Virus record (IMG/VR): IMGVR_UViG_3300037235_000027
Coordinates: 1-41,960 of that record
Source of the DNA: a virus
Taxonomy: Duplodnaviria; Caudoviricetes
DNA length: 41,960 nt
Strand: one strand, 5' to 3'
A model generated the notes under the pieces. It did not search any database, was not told the DNA's origin, and saw only the letters and a program-made list of their open reading frames with translations. Both the position numbers and the translations under genes were made by a program. Positions 17,787-25,480 of this stretch are shown here, one piece after another; the first letter of the stretch is position 1; every line of letters starts with the position of its first letter.

Positions 17787-17945
17787 GTAACATGCGTGTG
17801 AAACACTTCGTGCCTTCTAATCAACCTGAGCAGAAGCGCACCAAAATAGAGATTGAACTGCGAATGATGAATAATCGCAGAAAGAAGAGAGGACCCATAA
17901 CACTAAAGCAACTGAACTTCACAAACAAACAACAGGAGAAGTAAA

Positions 17946-18278
17946 ATGGCCGTATATGCGTTTGGACACCCAGGAAAATGGTGGGCCGATGTAATGGGTA
18001 CCAGATACCCTTGCGTTGGCGCAATGCGAATAAAGGATAACCACTACCAACAAGCGTATTCTCTTGATAAAGAGAAGTCGTGGAACCTCATAGAGCAAAT
18101 TGAGGAGCTTCAAAAGGTTATAGTCAGAGAGGAAATACTGCAAGCCAATGGCATCTATAAAGTGATAGGGTATGTTGGCTTATTTCACGTACTCAATTTT
18201 ATAGTAACAATTACTGATACTCACAAGATCGTTGACTTCGATCTTGGTCCGAAAATTGTTACGATCAAAAACCGCTAA
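17946..18278 (+). CDS. hypothetical protein
   Basis: CAGGAGAAGTAAAATG initiation motif. Confidence 0.75.
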   Translation: MAVYAFGHPGKWWADVMGTRYPCVGAMRIKDNHYQQAYSLDKEKSWNLIEQIEELQKVIVREEILQANGIYKVIGYVGLFHVLNFIVTITDTHKIVDFDLGPKIVTIKNR

Positions 18279-18293
18279 CCACAGGAGAGTAAA

Positions 18294-18533
18294 ATGAACA
18301 TCGCAAAGCAACTGACTGAAGACCAAATGTTAGCATACCTTACCCTAAAAGGTGAGGGTAGGCATATCTCACAGGAAATAATTAATGAGATAGGCCGTAA
18401 AGCTGCAGTGAAGCTTATGAAGTTCAGAACTATCCTAAATAAGGATCAGGATTTAGGATGGAAGATTGAAAGTGATGAATCTGATCCCGCCAACAAGTAT
18501 CCGCGATATTTGATATTCACCAAAACAAAATAA
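18294..18533 (+). CDS. hypothetical protein
   Basis: CAGGAGAGTAAAATG initiation motif. Confidence 0.75.
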   Translation: MNIAKQLTEDQMLAYLTLKGEGRHISQEIINEIGRKAAVKLMKFRTILNKDQDLGWKIESDESDPANKYPRYLIFTKTK

Positions 18534-18590
18534 GATCGAAACAGCCAGTGCGATTGGCTGTCCTAGCGTTTGGCGCTAGCTGATGAGATC
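18534..18590 (+). ncRNA. hammerhead ribozyme type II (HH1)
   Basis: GATC-GAAA-[CAGCCAG/TTGGCTG]-TC-[CTAGCG/CGCTAG]-CTGATGA-GATC; GUC cleavage after 18562. Confidence 0.93.
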
Positions 18591-18608
18591 AGTAGCAGGA
18601 GAAGTAAA

Positions 18609-19028
18609 ATGAAGATAGACCTTAACATACACATCATGTCGTGGATGTGTCGCGAAGATGATGTCATCGACCCAGATCTTATCCAACTAAAGAACAATCA
18701 CGAACAAATGATTGTGGATGTTACAGAAAGGATATCAATAAGATTTGATTATCCGCTTTCACATTCTGTTTTGCTACAGTTTGATGGCAAGAAGCCGTGG
18801 AGACTAGCAGATATAATTGATGCTATCTGCGCAGGATATGTGAAGATATATGACGAAGAAGATGAAACAAGAACGCTTCCAGCTAGTGCTCCGTTGGATT
18901 CGATTCTGGTTAATCGTCCGAAAACTGACGGCAAGCACGGCATCTGGGGACACATTCTTAATGATCTCTATATTGAGAGCGTGTACAAAGGATCAGACGG
19001 TGTTTGGTTGCTTGATATTGGATCATAA
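18609..19028 (+). CDS. hypothetical protein between HH1 and HH2
   Basis: CAGGAGAAGTAAAATG; C-terminal GIWGHILNDLYIE. Confidence 0.8.
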   Translation: MKIDLNIHIMSWMCREDDVIDPDLIQLKNNHEQMIVDVTERISIRFDYPLSHSVLLQFDGKKPWRLADIIDAICAGYVKIYDEEDETRTLPASAPLDSILVNRPKTDGKHGIWGHILNDLYIESVYKGSDGVWLLDIGS

Positions 19029-19089
19029 GACCGAAAGGGTGGCGCCACAAGCGCCATTCTCCTAGCGTTAGGCGCTAGCTGACGAGGTC
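19029..19089 (+). ncRNA. hammerhead ribozyme type II (HH2)
   Basis: GACC-GAAA-[GGGTGGCGC/GCGCCATTC]-TC-[CTAGCG/CGCTAG]-CTGACGA-GGTC; CUC cleavage after 19061. Confidence 0.93.
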
Positions 19090-19108
19090 AGTAACCAGGA
19101 GTAGTTAA

Positions 19109-19324
19109 ATGGCACAGGTATATTGGAGCAGCAAATTGCCGTCCAAAGACGATTTTGGTGACACATATGTTGGCATCATGATCGACGGTAAAACTAAAAT
19201 GGGACCATGGGCTAACATGACTCCTACAAGTTGGAAACGTCATGGTATTGGCCGTCTCGGAACTGGCTATGGCCAGAAGTACAAGAGGCAGGCTGATGGC
19301 CGCTGGCTCAAAGTGGAGGGTTAA
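19109..19324 (+). CDS. hypothetical protein
   Basis: CAGGAG RBS; DGKT..GPWANM...GLG.G.GQKY pattern. Confidence 0.75.
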   Translation: MAQVYWSSKLPSKDDFGDTYVGIMIDGKTKMGPWANMTPTSWKRHGIGRLGTGYGQKYKRQADGRWLKVEG

Positions 19325-19325
19325 A

Positions 19326-19676
19326 ATGGCAAGCGTCAAAGTTAAACGAGGATCTGAAGGTCCAGAACACGATCCGTATGCTTTTACGGAGATCACTTTC
19401 TACTTCACCGATCCTGAACGATCAAAAGTCGTTTATCACAGAGGATTAGGTGAGTGGCTCAAATATGATGGTCGAAAATACGACGAAAGTGACGATTGGT
19501 TACCATCGTCAATTGACTATCTATTTAAGCACATAACTGGACTTTCAGTTAGAAAGGCTGAAAGCATTCCAGATATGCTGTTTGAGCGCTCCATGCGGAA
19601 ATATTCCAAAGAAGAGCGCTGGCAGATTATGGAATGCATCGAAGCCGATGAAGCCATGCTCAGAAATTGCTATTGA
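19326..19676 (+). CDS. hypothetical protein
   Basis: GGAGG RBS before ATG 19326. Confidence 0.7.
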   Translation: MASVKVKRGSEGPEHDPYAFTEITFYFTDPERSKVVYHRGLGEWLKYDGRKYDESDDWLPSSIDYLFKHITGLSVRKAESIPDMLFERSMRKYSKEERWQIMECIEADEAMLRNCY

Positions 19677-19680
19677 AATA

Positions 19681-19728
19681 ATTGAACTTAGTGGCGCCAC
19701 AAGCGCCACTCTTTTAGGCAATTTTGCC
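19681..19728 (+). repeat. two-hairpin intergenic element, copy 1
   Basis: ATTGAACTT-[AGTGGCGC/GCGCCACT]-CTTTTA-[GGCA/TGCC]. Confidence 0.75.
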
Positions 19729-19745
19729 AGACTGAGGAGAGTAAA

Positions 19746-20051
19746 ATGAGATACGTTGTTATCAATAGAGCATGTGATGGTACCCATGTTTCAACACATG
19801 CTACGCTTAAAGGAGCGCAGAAGCGTGTGGAAAATATGGTTGGTAAAAGAGAAACGCCATTTCTAGTTGATGTGTCGTATATCTCTGATTGGGGTAATGT
19901 CCTCACAATCGAGGAGCGTCCAGGCAATTGGACTGCGAATACTGAGCGGCGTGTTTCCGAAGCTTTTGATGCTAACGAATGTGGTTTTGCAACAAAAGCT
20001 CAGATCAGGTTGTTGCATGATAAGGGCTTTTTAAGAGAGGAGACTGAATGA
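19746..20051 (+). CDS. hypothetical protein
   Basis: AGGAGAGTAAAATG. Confidence 0.75.
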   Translation: MRYVVINRACDGTHVSTHATLKGAQKRVENMVGKRETPFLVDVSYISDWGNVLTIEERPGNWTANTERRVSEAFDANECGFATKAQIRLLHDKGFLREETE

Positions 20052-20260
20052 ATAATAATCAAGAGTTTAGTATTTGGATGTCAAAGGTAGAATTTTATCT
20101 AGAATCAATGATCAAGAAGTCGTCGCCAGAGTTTGAGTCATACGATTATCATGGCGACTTCAAGAGAGGGGTTCTACCTGAAGATACGGCAACTATCATA
20201 ATACAAAGGAGTGTACAAAATGGCAAAGAAAGATCCATGGATAATATGTCCAGTATGTGA
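20048..20260 (+). CDS. hypothetical protein
   Basis: ATGA coupling, GAGGAG RBS. Confidence 0.6.
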   Translation: MNNNQEFSIWMSKVEFYLESMIKKSSPEFESYDYHGDFKRGVLPEDTATIIIQRSVQNGKERSMDNMSSM

Positions 20261-20519
20261 AGGTGAAGGAAAGACAGTCAATCCGAATATTGACGCAAAC
20301 GGATTGACTGCGGAAGACTTCAATGAAGATCCAGACTTCAGAGAAGACTATATGAGCGGCGTATATGACATTACGTGCGCTGCATGTGGTGGTCAACGCG
20401 TCATCAAGAAGCAGCGAATGAAAGAGCTTGCGCAAAATGCTGAAAATCGTCGTTTGGCAGCGCGCGAAAATGGCGATTATGAAAGCTACAGCGTAGCGCA
20501 TGATTGGAGGTATGGATAA
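20220..20519 (+). CDS. CxxCxG zinc-binding protein
   Basis: CPVCEGEG...GVYDITCAACGG; AAGGAG RBS. Confidence 0.75.
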   Translation: MAKKDPWIICPVCEGEGKTVNPNIDANGLTAEDFNEDPDFREDYMSGVYDITCAACGGQRVIKKQRMKELAQNAENRRLAARENGDYESYSVAHDWRYG

Positions 20520-20698
20520 TGCATATTTTCCTTACCATAATTGTTATCATTGTAATAGTGGTTGTTTTTAGCAACCTAAACCAACAAGGAATGATAACAG
20601 CTTGGAAAGGCCCAAATAACAATCTTGGTTGCATACCATTATTGTTAGTATTCATATTTACTATTTGGGTCCTATGCCAATTACCAGTAATACATTGA
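20519..20698 (+). CDS. small two-TM membrane protein
   Basis: TAATG coupling; two hydrophobic segments. Confidence 0.6.
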   Translation: MHIFLTIIVIIVIVVVFSNLNQQGMITAWKGPNNNLGCIPLLLVFIFTIWVLCQLPVIH

Positions 20699-20747
20699 AC
20701 TTGGTGGCGCTCTTGTGGAGCGCCACTCTTTTAGGTCATTTAGGACC
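20694..20747 (+). repeat. two-hairpin intergenic element, copy 2
   Basis: ATTGAACTT-[GGTGGCGCTC/GAGCGCCACT]-CTTTTA-[GGTC/GACC]. Confidence 0.75.
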
Positions 20748-20764
20748 GTAACCAGGAGAGTAAA

Positions 20765-21022
20765 ATGGATAATCCTACAGTAATGATAGAAATAGAAGTG
20801 GATGCAGTACAAGAAGCTATCCAAACAATCCGAAAAATCAATGGCAAGATTTCTTGGGTTTTGGAAAATAATCCACCATCCAATCAAAAGGATCTTGATG
20901 CTCTACAGTATCGCAACGCCAATCTTACTTTGGTTGAGTTGCGATTGACCAAAGCATTGAGCGATAGAGCTTTGGCCAATCAAGCCAATGGCAATGTCGT
21001 TAGGATGGGAGGCAAGAAGTGA
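20765..21022 (+). CDS. hypothetical protein
   Basis: CAGGAGAGTAAAATG. Confidence 0.75.
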   Translation: MDNPTVMIEIEVDAVQEAIQTIRKINGKISWVLENNPPSNQKDLDALQYRNANLTLVELRLTKALSDRALANQANGNVVRMGGKK

Positions 21023-21264
21023 GAAAGGCTCTATTGGCAGAATATAAAGTCAAGCCAAACGGCACTAAACTCCTTGATGATTTCAGAGGAGACAGAATTT
21101 ATGGTAATTGTTATATTATCATAAAGGCTGGCGTGGAAATCTATGAGGTTATTACCTCAACGCTGGGTGATTGGTGTAATTGCCCAGCCGGACAACATGA
21201 GAAGAAGTGCAAGCATCTTCTTATGGTTTATGATTACAAGGAAAAGGAAGAAAAGGTCATATGA
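21019..21264 (+). CDS. SWIM zinc-finger protein
   Basis: CNCP...CKH. Confidence 0.7.
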   Translation: MRKALLAEYKVKPNGTKLLDDFRGDRIYGNCYIIIKAGVEIYEVITSTLGDWCNCPAGQHEKKCKHLLMVYDYKEKEEKVI

Positions 21265-21485
21265 AATACAATGCGAGGTGTACGCTCCAAGCAGTACACA
21301 TGAAAACTGGTAAAGTAATCGAAGTGTGTCAATTTGATTCCGAAGTAGGAACAAATCCAATTCTTATCGAAGCTGAATCGCAAGAAGAAGCAGATGAGAA
21401 ATGGTCCAAAAGATGTATGCTTGAAGCAATGACAACAGGTGCGCTCCAAGCAAGAAAAGATTTCCAGAAAGGAAAATGGAAATAA
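21261..21485 (+). CDS. hypothetical protein
   Basis: ATGA coupling; TAA abuts HH3. Confidence 0.65.
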   Translation: MKYNARCTLQAVHMKTGKVIEVCQFDSEVGTNPILIEAESQEEADEKWSKRCMLEAMTTGALQARKDFQKGKWK

Positions 21486-21545
21486 GACCGAAACTGGCCG
21501 CAGTGATGCGCCCAGTCGTTGCGTATTGCGCAGCCTGACGAGGTC
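21486..21545 (+). ncRNA. hammerhead ribozyme type II (HH3)
   Basis: GACC-GAAA-[CTGGCCGCA-GTGA-TGCGCCCAG]-TC-[GTTGCG/CGCAGC]-CTGACGA-GGTC; GUC cleavage after 21517. Confidence 0.93.
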
Positions 21546-21565
21546 AGTAACCCAAGGAGACGTTA

Positions 21566-21709
21566 ATGGGCGACCCAGAAGAGCATAAAGAGGAAGAGTT
21601 GACTGTAAAATCTGATGCTCCAAAGGAAGAAGGTCCAAAAACAGAACCAGAAGAAAAAGAGGCGGATCCAGTTCGCCCAGGAGAAGGCGGACAACCTGAA
21701 GTAGCGTAA
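21566..21709 (+). CDS. acidic disordered peptide (47 aa)
   Basis: Manual ORF MGDPEEHKEEEL...PEVA, AAGGAG RBS. Confidence 0.65.
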   Translation: MGDPEEHKEEELTVKSDAPKEEGPKTEPEEKEADPVRPGEGGQPEVA

Positions 21710-21717
21710 AGCGAGTC

Positions 21718-21758
21718 AACTTGCCGCTCCCACGCTCCCGTGTGGGAGCGGTCTTTTA
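21718..21758 (+). terminator. AACTT-hairpin-CTTTTA element
   Basis: GCCGCTCCCAC/GTGGGAGCGGT followed by CTTTT. Confidence 0.65.
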
Positions 21759-21771
21759 CTAGGGATGGAAA

Positions 21772-22023
21772 ATGATAAACATAAAAGAAATCACTTCTAT
21801 GAAAGAGTTTGCTATCATAAGAAGTGCTCTGGAACTATATGTTGCTACTCTGAGTGAAGAGTACGACAGTAAGCAAACACGCCTCAAACTTAAAAAACTT
21901 GAGAAAGCGCAAAAGTGTCTGAAAGACTTCAAACAACTAGGAGAACAAAATGGTAAGACTGTATCAGTTGACACTAAAGCCCTGCCATTGCGGCAGCGGA
22001 CTGGAAAGAGAAGCGCGTTATGA
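21772..22023 (+). CDS. hypothetical protein
   Basis: Operon packing. Confidence 0.55.
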   Translation: MINIKEITSMKEFAIIRSALELYVATLSEEYDSKQTRLKLKKLEKAQKCLKDFKQLGEQNGKTVSVDTKALPLRQRTGKRSAL

Positions 22024-22216
22024 TGCGCGCGGTATCTTCCTCACATACGTGTGCGAGAAGTGTGTGGAAGAAAAACTTGGCAAGTTTCGCCCGGAAGTTC
22101 TAACTGATCCTAATTATGATCTTATGGGAGAAGAGTTAGATGATGATGGAGATATCGCAGATTCTGATATTCATCGTAATCTTCCGGATTTTCCAGATCC
22201 GAATGTTAAGAGATGA
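21950..22216 (+). CDS. Cys-containing hypothetical protein
   Basis: AGGAG RBS; CHCGSG...DARGI...CEKC. Confidence 0.7.
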   Translation: MVRLYQLTLKPCHCGSGLEREARYDARGIFLTYVCEKCVEEKLGKFRPEVLTDPNYDLMGEELDDDGDIADSDIHRNLPDFPDPNVKR

Positions 22217-22563
22217 AAACTCTCACGCTGATATGTGCGCTGCTTATCACAAGTAGCGTCAAAGCGCAAGCAATATGCGATTTTGAGCATAAATGCTACA
22301 ATGGTGCGCCACCACCGCAAGTATATCATAATCTAAACGGAGACGTGATACCGCCTCCGGCTCCTCAATATCCAAAACCTGTTCCATCTTCGCCACAGGT
22401 TACAATATCAGGCAATATTTGCAAATTGGCTAAAATAAAAGAAGGGCCTGATTTACCAGCACGTATTGTTGAGATTTGCACGATGTCTGATGAAGAAGAA
22501 AGAGCCTATCGTGAAATGGCTCGTATGCGTCAGGCATCAATTCCTAGGTTCCAACCGTATTAA
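22213..22563 (+). CDS. secreted Pro-rich hypothetical protein
   Basis: Signal peptide MKTLTLICALLITSSVKA. Confidence 0.65.
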   Translation: MKTLTLICALLITSSVKAQAICDFEHKCYNGAPPPQVYHNLNGDVIPPPAPQYPKPVPSSPQVTISGNICKLAKIKEGPDLPARIVEICTMSDEEERAYREMARMRQASIPRFQPY

Positions 22564-22620
22564 AGGATCACCTGGTCTAATTCAACAGCCCCCCGGTTGT
22601 TATAGGCCAGGTGTAGACTT

Positions 22621-22657
22621 GCCGCCAGGATTTGTAATGAGTACCTGGCGGTTTTTT
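22621..22657 (+). terminator. intrinsic terminator
   Basis: GCCGCCAGG/CCTGGCGGT followed by a T-tract. Confidence 0.75.
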
Positions 22658-22676
22658 GTCAATTTAGGAGGCAGTA

Positions 22677-22889
22677 ATGGCAACCTATTACTATTCAATG
22701 TTAGGAATGGTAAGAGTTAGACAGCTTCCAGATAAATGGGTGCTTGAAGTATCTTACAAGGATGAAGATATTCAGTCTGGACAATATAAACATGACCAGA
22801 CATGGTACCCAGCAGGTGAATGTAAAAATCTCATAGAAGTAGGTGAACTCGTTTTGAGCCTGTGCAAAGAGGAGACCAAACGTGTTTAA
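22677..22889 (+). CDS. hypothetical protein
   Basis: AGGAGG RBS. Confidence 0.7.
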   Translation: MATYYYSMLGMVRVRQLPDKWVLEVSYKDEDIQSGQYKHDQTWYPAGECKNLIEVGELVLSLCKEETKRV

Positions 22890-23098
22890 ATCAAGGAGGA
22901 AAGAAAGTGGTTGAGCAAAGGCGTTATATGAGTATCGTAATCGCCATCCTCAGAGAGGAAGGTTTGTACAGTATTGCCATGTCTAATGATCTGTATATGT
23001 GGATCAATAAGCGTATCAGTGAGAACCATCAGAAAGGTCTCACTGTACTAGAATGTGTGAAAAATATCAAAAAGGAACTGCAACATGCCAGAGCATAA
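22862..23098 (+). CDS. hypothetical protein
   Basis: Operon packing; true start likely a GTG near 22907 behind AGGAGG. Confidence 0.55.
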   Translation: MQRGDQTCLNQGGKKVVEQRRYMSIVIAILREEGLYSIAMSNDLYMWINKRISENHQKGLTVLECVKNIKKELQHARA

Positions 23099-23453
23099 AC
23101 TGCCAAAGCGTTTAAAGCTTCCAGTAGTTCCGATAGAAGGTAACTTCATGTTTATAATTAAACCTGAAGATACCCAATTTGCTGAAGGGAAGATATTGGA
23201 GACTTTACCAGATGTTGATATGCTTACATTTGGAGTTGGCGGTCTATTAGAAATCATACCTTTGTTCACTAAGTTTGGTGGACGTCCATGTGTTGCTTTC
23301 TGTAATGAAGAAGGCAAATTATATGGACTTCCTCCTAATCATCTAGCCCATATGCTTTGGGAACAAAACTTGGGGCGCATCATAACTGAGGATCAACTTG
23401 TCGGAAATGTGGTGGTTGTTGTAGGCTCTCCGTCATTTCTCAGGAGGATGTGA
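23085..23453 (+). CDS. DUF3846-like protein
   Basis: VGGLLE...CNEEGK...LPPN..A...LVGNVVV. Confidence 0.75.
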   Translation: MPEHKLPKRLKLPVVPIEGNFMFIIKPEDTQFAEGKILETLPDVDMLTFGVGGLLEIIPLFTKFGGRPCVAFCNEEGKLYGLPPNHLAHMLWEQNLGRIITEDQLVGNVVVVVGSPSFLRRM

Positions 23454-23755
23454 TGAAGAAAATCTTTATCATAACTCTAACCATAGGAATGATAAATGCA
23501 GCAAATGCTCATTGTTACTCTCGCTGGTATTATCCGTTCCCTCAAAATTGTGGAGTCGCTTATCGCAGCCACTCCCACCAAATGGCTTTATTACAGCTTG
23601 ATACCATTCCTCCTGTTCGTCCTGTTCTTATTGATTTCCCATTACCTGATTTGAGCGGAATTTGGATCAATTCGACAGAAACTCCAGAACAATTAGAATT
23701 AATGGAAGCAATGGATAGACTCAAAGCTATTAAAATATTATCAAATAATAATTAG
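23450..23755 (+). CDS. secreted hypothetical protein
   Basis: Signal peptide, then HCYSRWYYPFPQNC. Confidence 0.65.
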   Translation: MMKKIFIITLTIGMINAANAHCYSRWYYPFPQNCGVAYRSHSHQMALLQLDTIPPVRPVLIDFPLPDLSGIWINSTETPEQLELMEAMDRLKAIKILSNNN

Positions 23756-23778
23756 CCAATTTGGCAAGGAGACTAGTT

Positions 23779-24111
23779 ATGGATAAGAAACAACTCAAGG
23801 TAGTTGCTGATGCCAAAGGAGAAATTGAGGATGCAAAGGAGAAAGTTTCCAATTTTATCGATGAAATCATAACAAAGACAATAGATCCAATGATAGAAAA
23901 CATTGGAAATCTGCAAGATGAGCTGCAAGCACAGTTTGATGAGCTTTCTGAGAAGCAACAGGAGGGTGACAAGGGGACTAAGCTCACAGAAGAGATCGAA
24001 GCTCTTGGTGAACTTAAAGATGAACTTGATACGTTCAAAACAGAGTTTGATGACACTGCGTTCGACGATATCATCGCTAAGTTTGATGATGTCCCAGGAA
24101 TGTCAGAATAG
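23779..24111 (+). CDS. acidic coiled-coil protein
   Basis: AAGGAG RBS; FDELSEKQQEGDKG. Confidence 0.7.
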   Translation: MDKKQLKVVADAKGEIEDAKEKVSNFIDEIITKTIDPMIENIGNLQDELQAQFDELSEKQQEGDKGTKLTEEIEALGELKDELDTFKTEFDDTAFDDIIAKFDDVPGMSE

Positions 24112-24191
24112 TTTTGCTTGACGTACCAGCCTAAAAGTTACCCCCTATTAGGTTGGCGTTGATATAGCACAGTCAACGAAAGTCAGGCAAT

Positions 24192-24234
24192 GGGTGGGAG
24201 GGCGCTTTTCCAAAACCGGCGTCCTCCCATTTTT
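24192..24234 (+). terminator. intrinsic terminator
   Basis: TGGGAGGGCGC/GCGTCCTCCCA followed by T5. Confidence 0.65.
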
Positions 24235-24246
24235 ATGGAGAAGAAA

Positions 24247-24477
24247 ATGAACACACTCGATATTCTGAAACAATATAAGGATGGATTAGTAATAAAATGG
24301 AATAATTCTATATGGGTTGTTAGAGCAGATGGAGATCAACCATCTTTATGGCCTGTTGCAATTGTTGAGCGCAACGAACATGGCCAACTAAAATATATAA
24401 TTCCCAAAGGAACTGATATTGCTAACGCCAATGCAGTTCTTGCTTCTATCACCGGAATAAATGACTTCTTCGCATAG
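24247..24477 (+). CDS. hypothetical protein
   Basis: GGAG RBS. Confidence 0.65.
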   Translation: MNTLDILKQYKDGLVIKWNNSIWVVRADGDQPSLWPVAIVERNEHGQLKYIIPKGTDIANANAVLASITGINDFFA

Positions 24478-24486
24478 GAGCGCCAC

Positions 24487-24729
24487 ATGTCTGAAGGTCC
24501 AGGAAGATATGACGCTGAAGCCTCATGGGTACAGAAGCGCACCAAAGCACATGGTGTGTTATTAATGATAGTAGGCGGTAATAAAGGGAATGGTTTTTCA
24601 TTAGCTAGTTATGATATCCAAGCAACATTGGAAATTACATTATCATTACCAAAATTATTAAGAGAAATGGCAAATCAAATCGAATCTGACATAAAGGAGC
24701 AAAGTTTTGGCAAAAACCAAACCAACTAA
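24487..24729 (+). CDS. hypothetical protein
   Basis: AGGAG RBS. Confidence 0.7.
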   Translation: MSEGPGRYDAEASWVQKRTKAHGVLLMIVGGNKGNGFSLASYDIQATLEITLSLPKLLREMANQIESDIKEQSFGKNQTN

Positions 24730-24946
24730 CGAACAGGTACAATTCAGATTGATACAAATGCCATGTTGTGGCATATTAATATGTTGGGTCAATCCACGCA
24801 GACCAATGTATTGTCCTGAATGTGGAACAAGAGTATTCAATCATTTCCCTAAAGGAGAATGGGATACGTACTTTTCAGTAGCTTGGTTACACGTCGAAGA
24901 TTATGATAAAGCAACATGGGACAGAAGAAATGAAAAAGAAATCTGA
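24707..24946 (+). CDS. Cys-rich hypothetical protein
   Basis: PCCG..CWVNPR.P.YCPECG. Confidence 0.7.
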   Translation: MAKTKPTNEQVQFRLIQMPCCGILICWVNPRRPMYCPECGTRVFNHFPKGEWDTYFSVAWLHVEDYDKATWDRRNEKEI

Positions 24947-25172
24947 GCATGACGAAAAGACATGCTTTCGTTGCAGACTTCACGCACTATTTGAAGAAAT
25001 ATATCCAAAAGGTATTGGTGATGATGAAAGATTTATATTGACTACACTTGCTGAAGCAGTAGGTCAACTATTAGCGAATAAGGATGAGCGTGAAGCAGCA
25101 TACTTCATGTTTGCAGTAATGAAGTTTATGCAAGAAGATGAAGAAGACGACGAAACACCCACCGAACACTAG
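24930..25172 (+). CDS. hypothetical protein
   Basis: Operon packing. Confidence 0.6.
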   Translation: MKKKSEHDEKTCFRCRLHALFEEIYPKGIGDDERFILTTLAEAVGQLLANKDEREAAYFMFAVMKFMQEDEEDDETPTEH

Positions 25173-25181
25173 GAGAGAACA

Positions 25182-25469
25182 ATGTCACTGTTTGAAGAAT
25201 CAACAGACGATTCTGAACGGCTTACATTTCATCCAAATGGAACAGCAACAGTAATTAGACTGTCACCATGGACTGGTAAATTCAATAAAATAACTCTTCA
25301 ACTTACTGAGGAACAATACAATAATTGGCGCAACAAACGCATGTTGATACAAGATGCGATGCCTCATCTTGATAAGGAGGAACGTGAGTTCCTAATGACA
25401 GGATATACGCCTACCGATTGGGCGACAATATTTCCTCCAGACGAAGACGAGGATGATAAAGACGTTTGA
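25182..25469 (+). CDS. hypothetical phage protein
   Basis: AGGAG RBS; LIQDAMPHL...EREFLMTG.TP..W. Confidence 0.75.
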   Translation: MSLFEESTDDSERLTFHPNGTATVIRLSPWTGKFNKITLQLTEEQYNNWRNKRMLIQDAMPHLDKEEREFLMTGYTPTDWATIFPPDEDEDDKDV

Positions 25470-25480
25470 TGGGGGAATAG

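Noticed and set aside
19684-19740. Hammerhead call for the element ending in CTGAGGA
   Set aside because: Has GAACTT instead of GAAA and no stem II partner; kept only as a related motif
18534-21758. CRISPR array or integron attC sites
   Set aside because: Repeats are divergent and separated by whole genes; no cas gene, integron integrase or RYYYAAC/GTTRRRY ends seen
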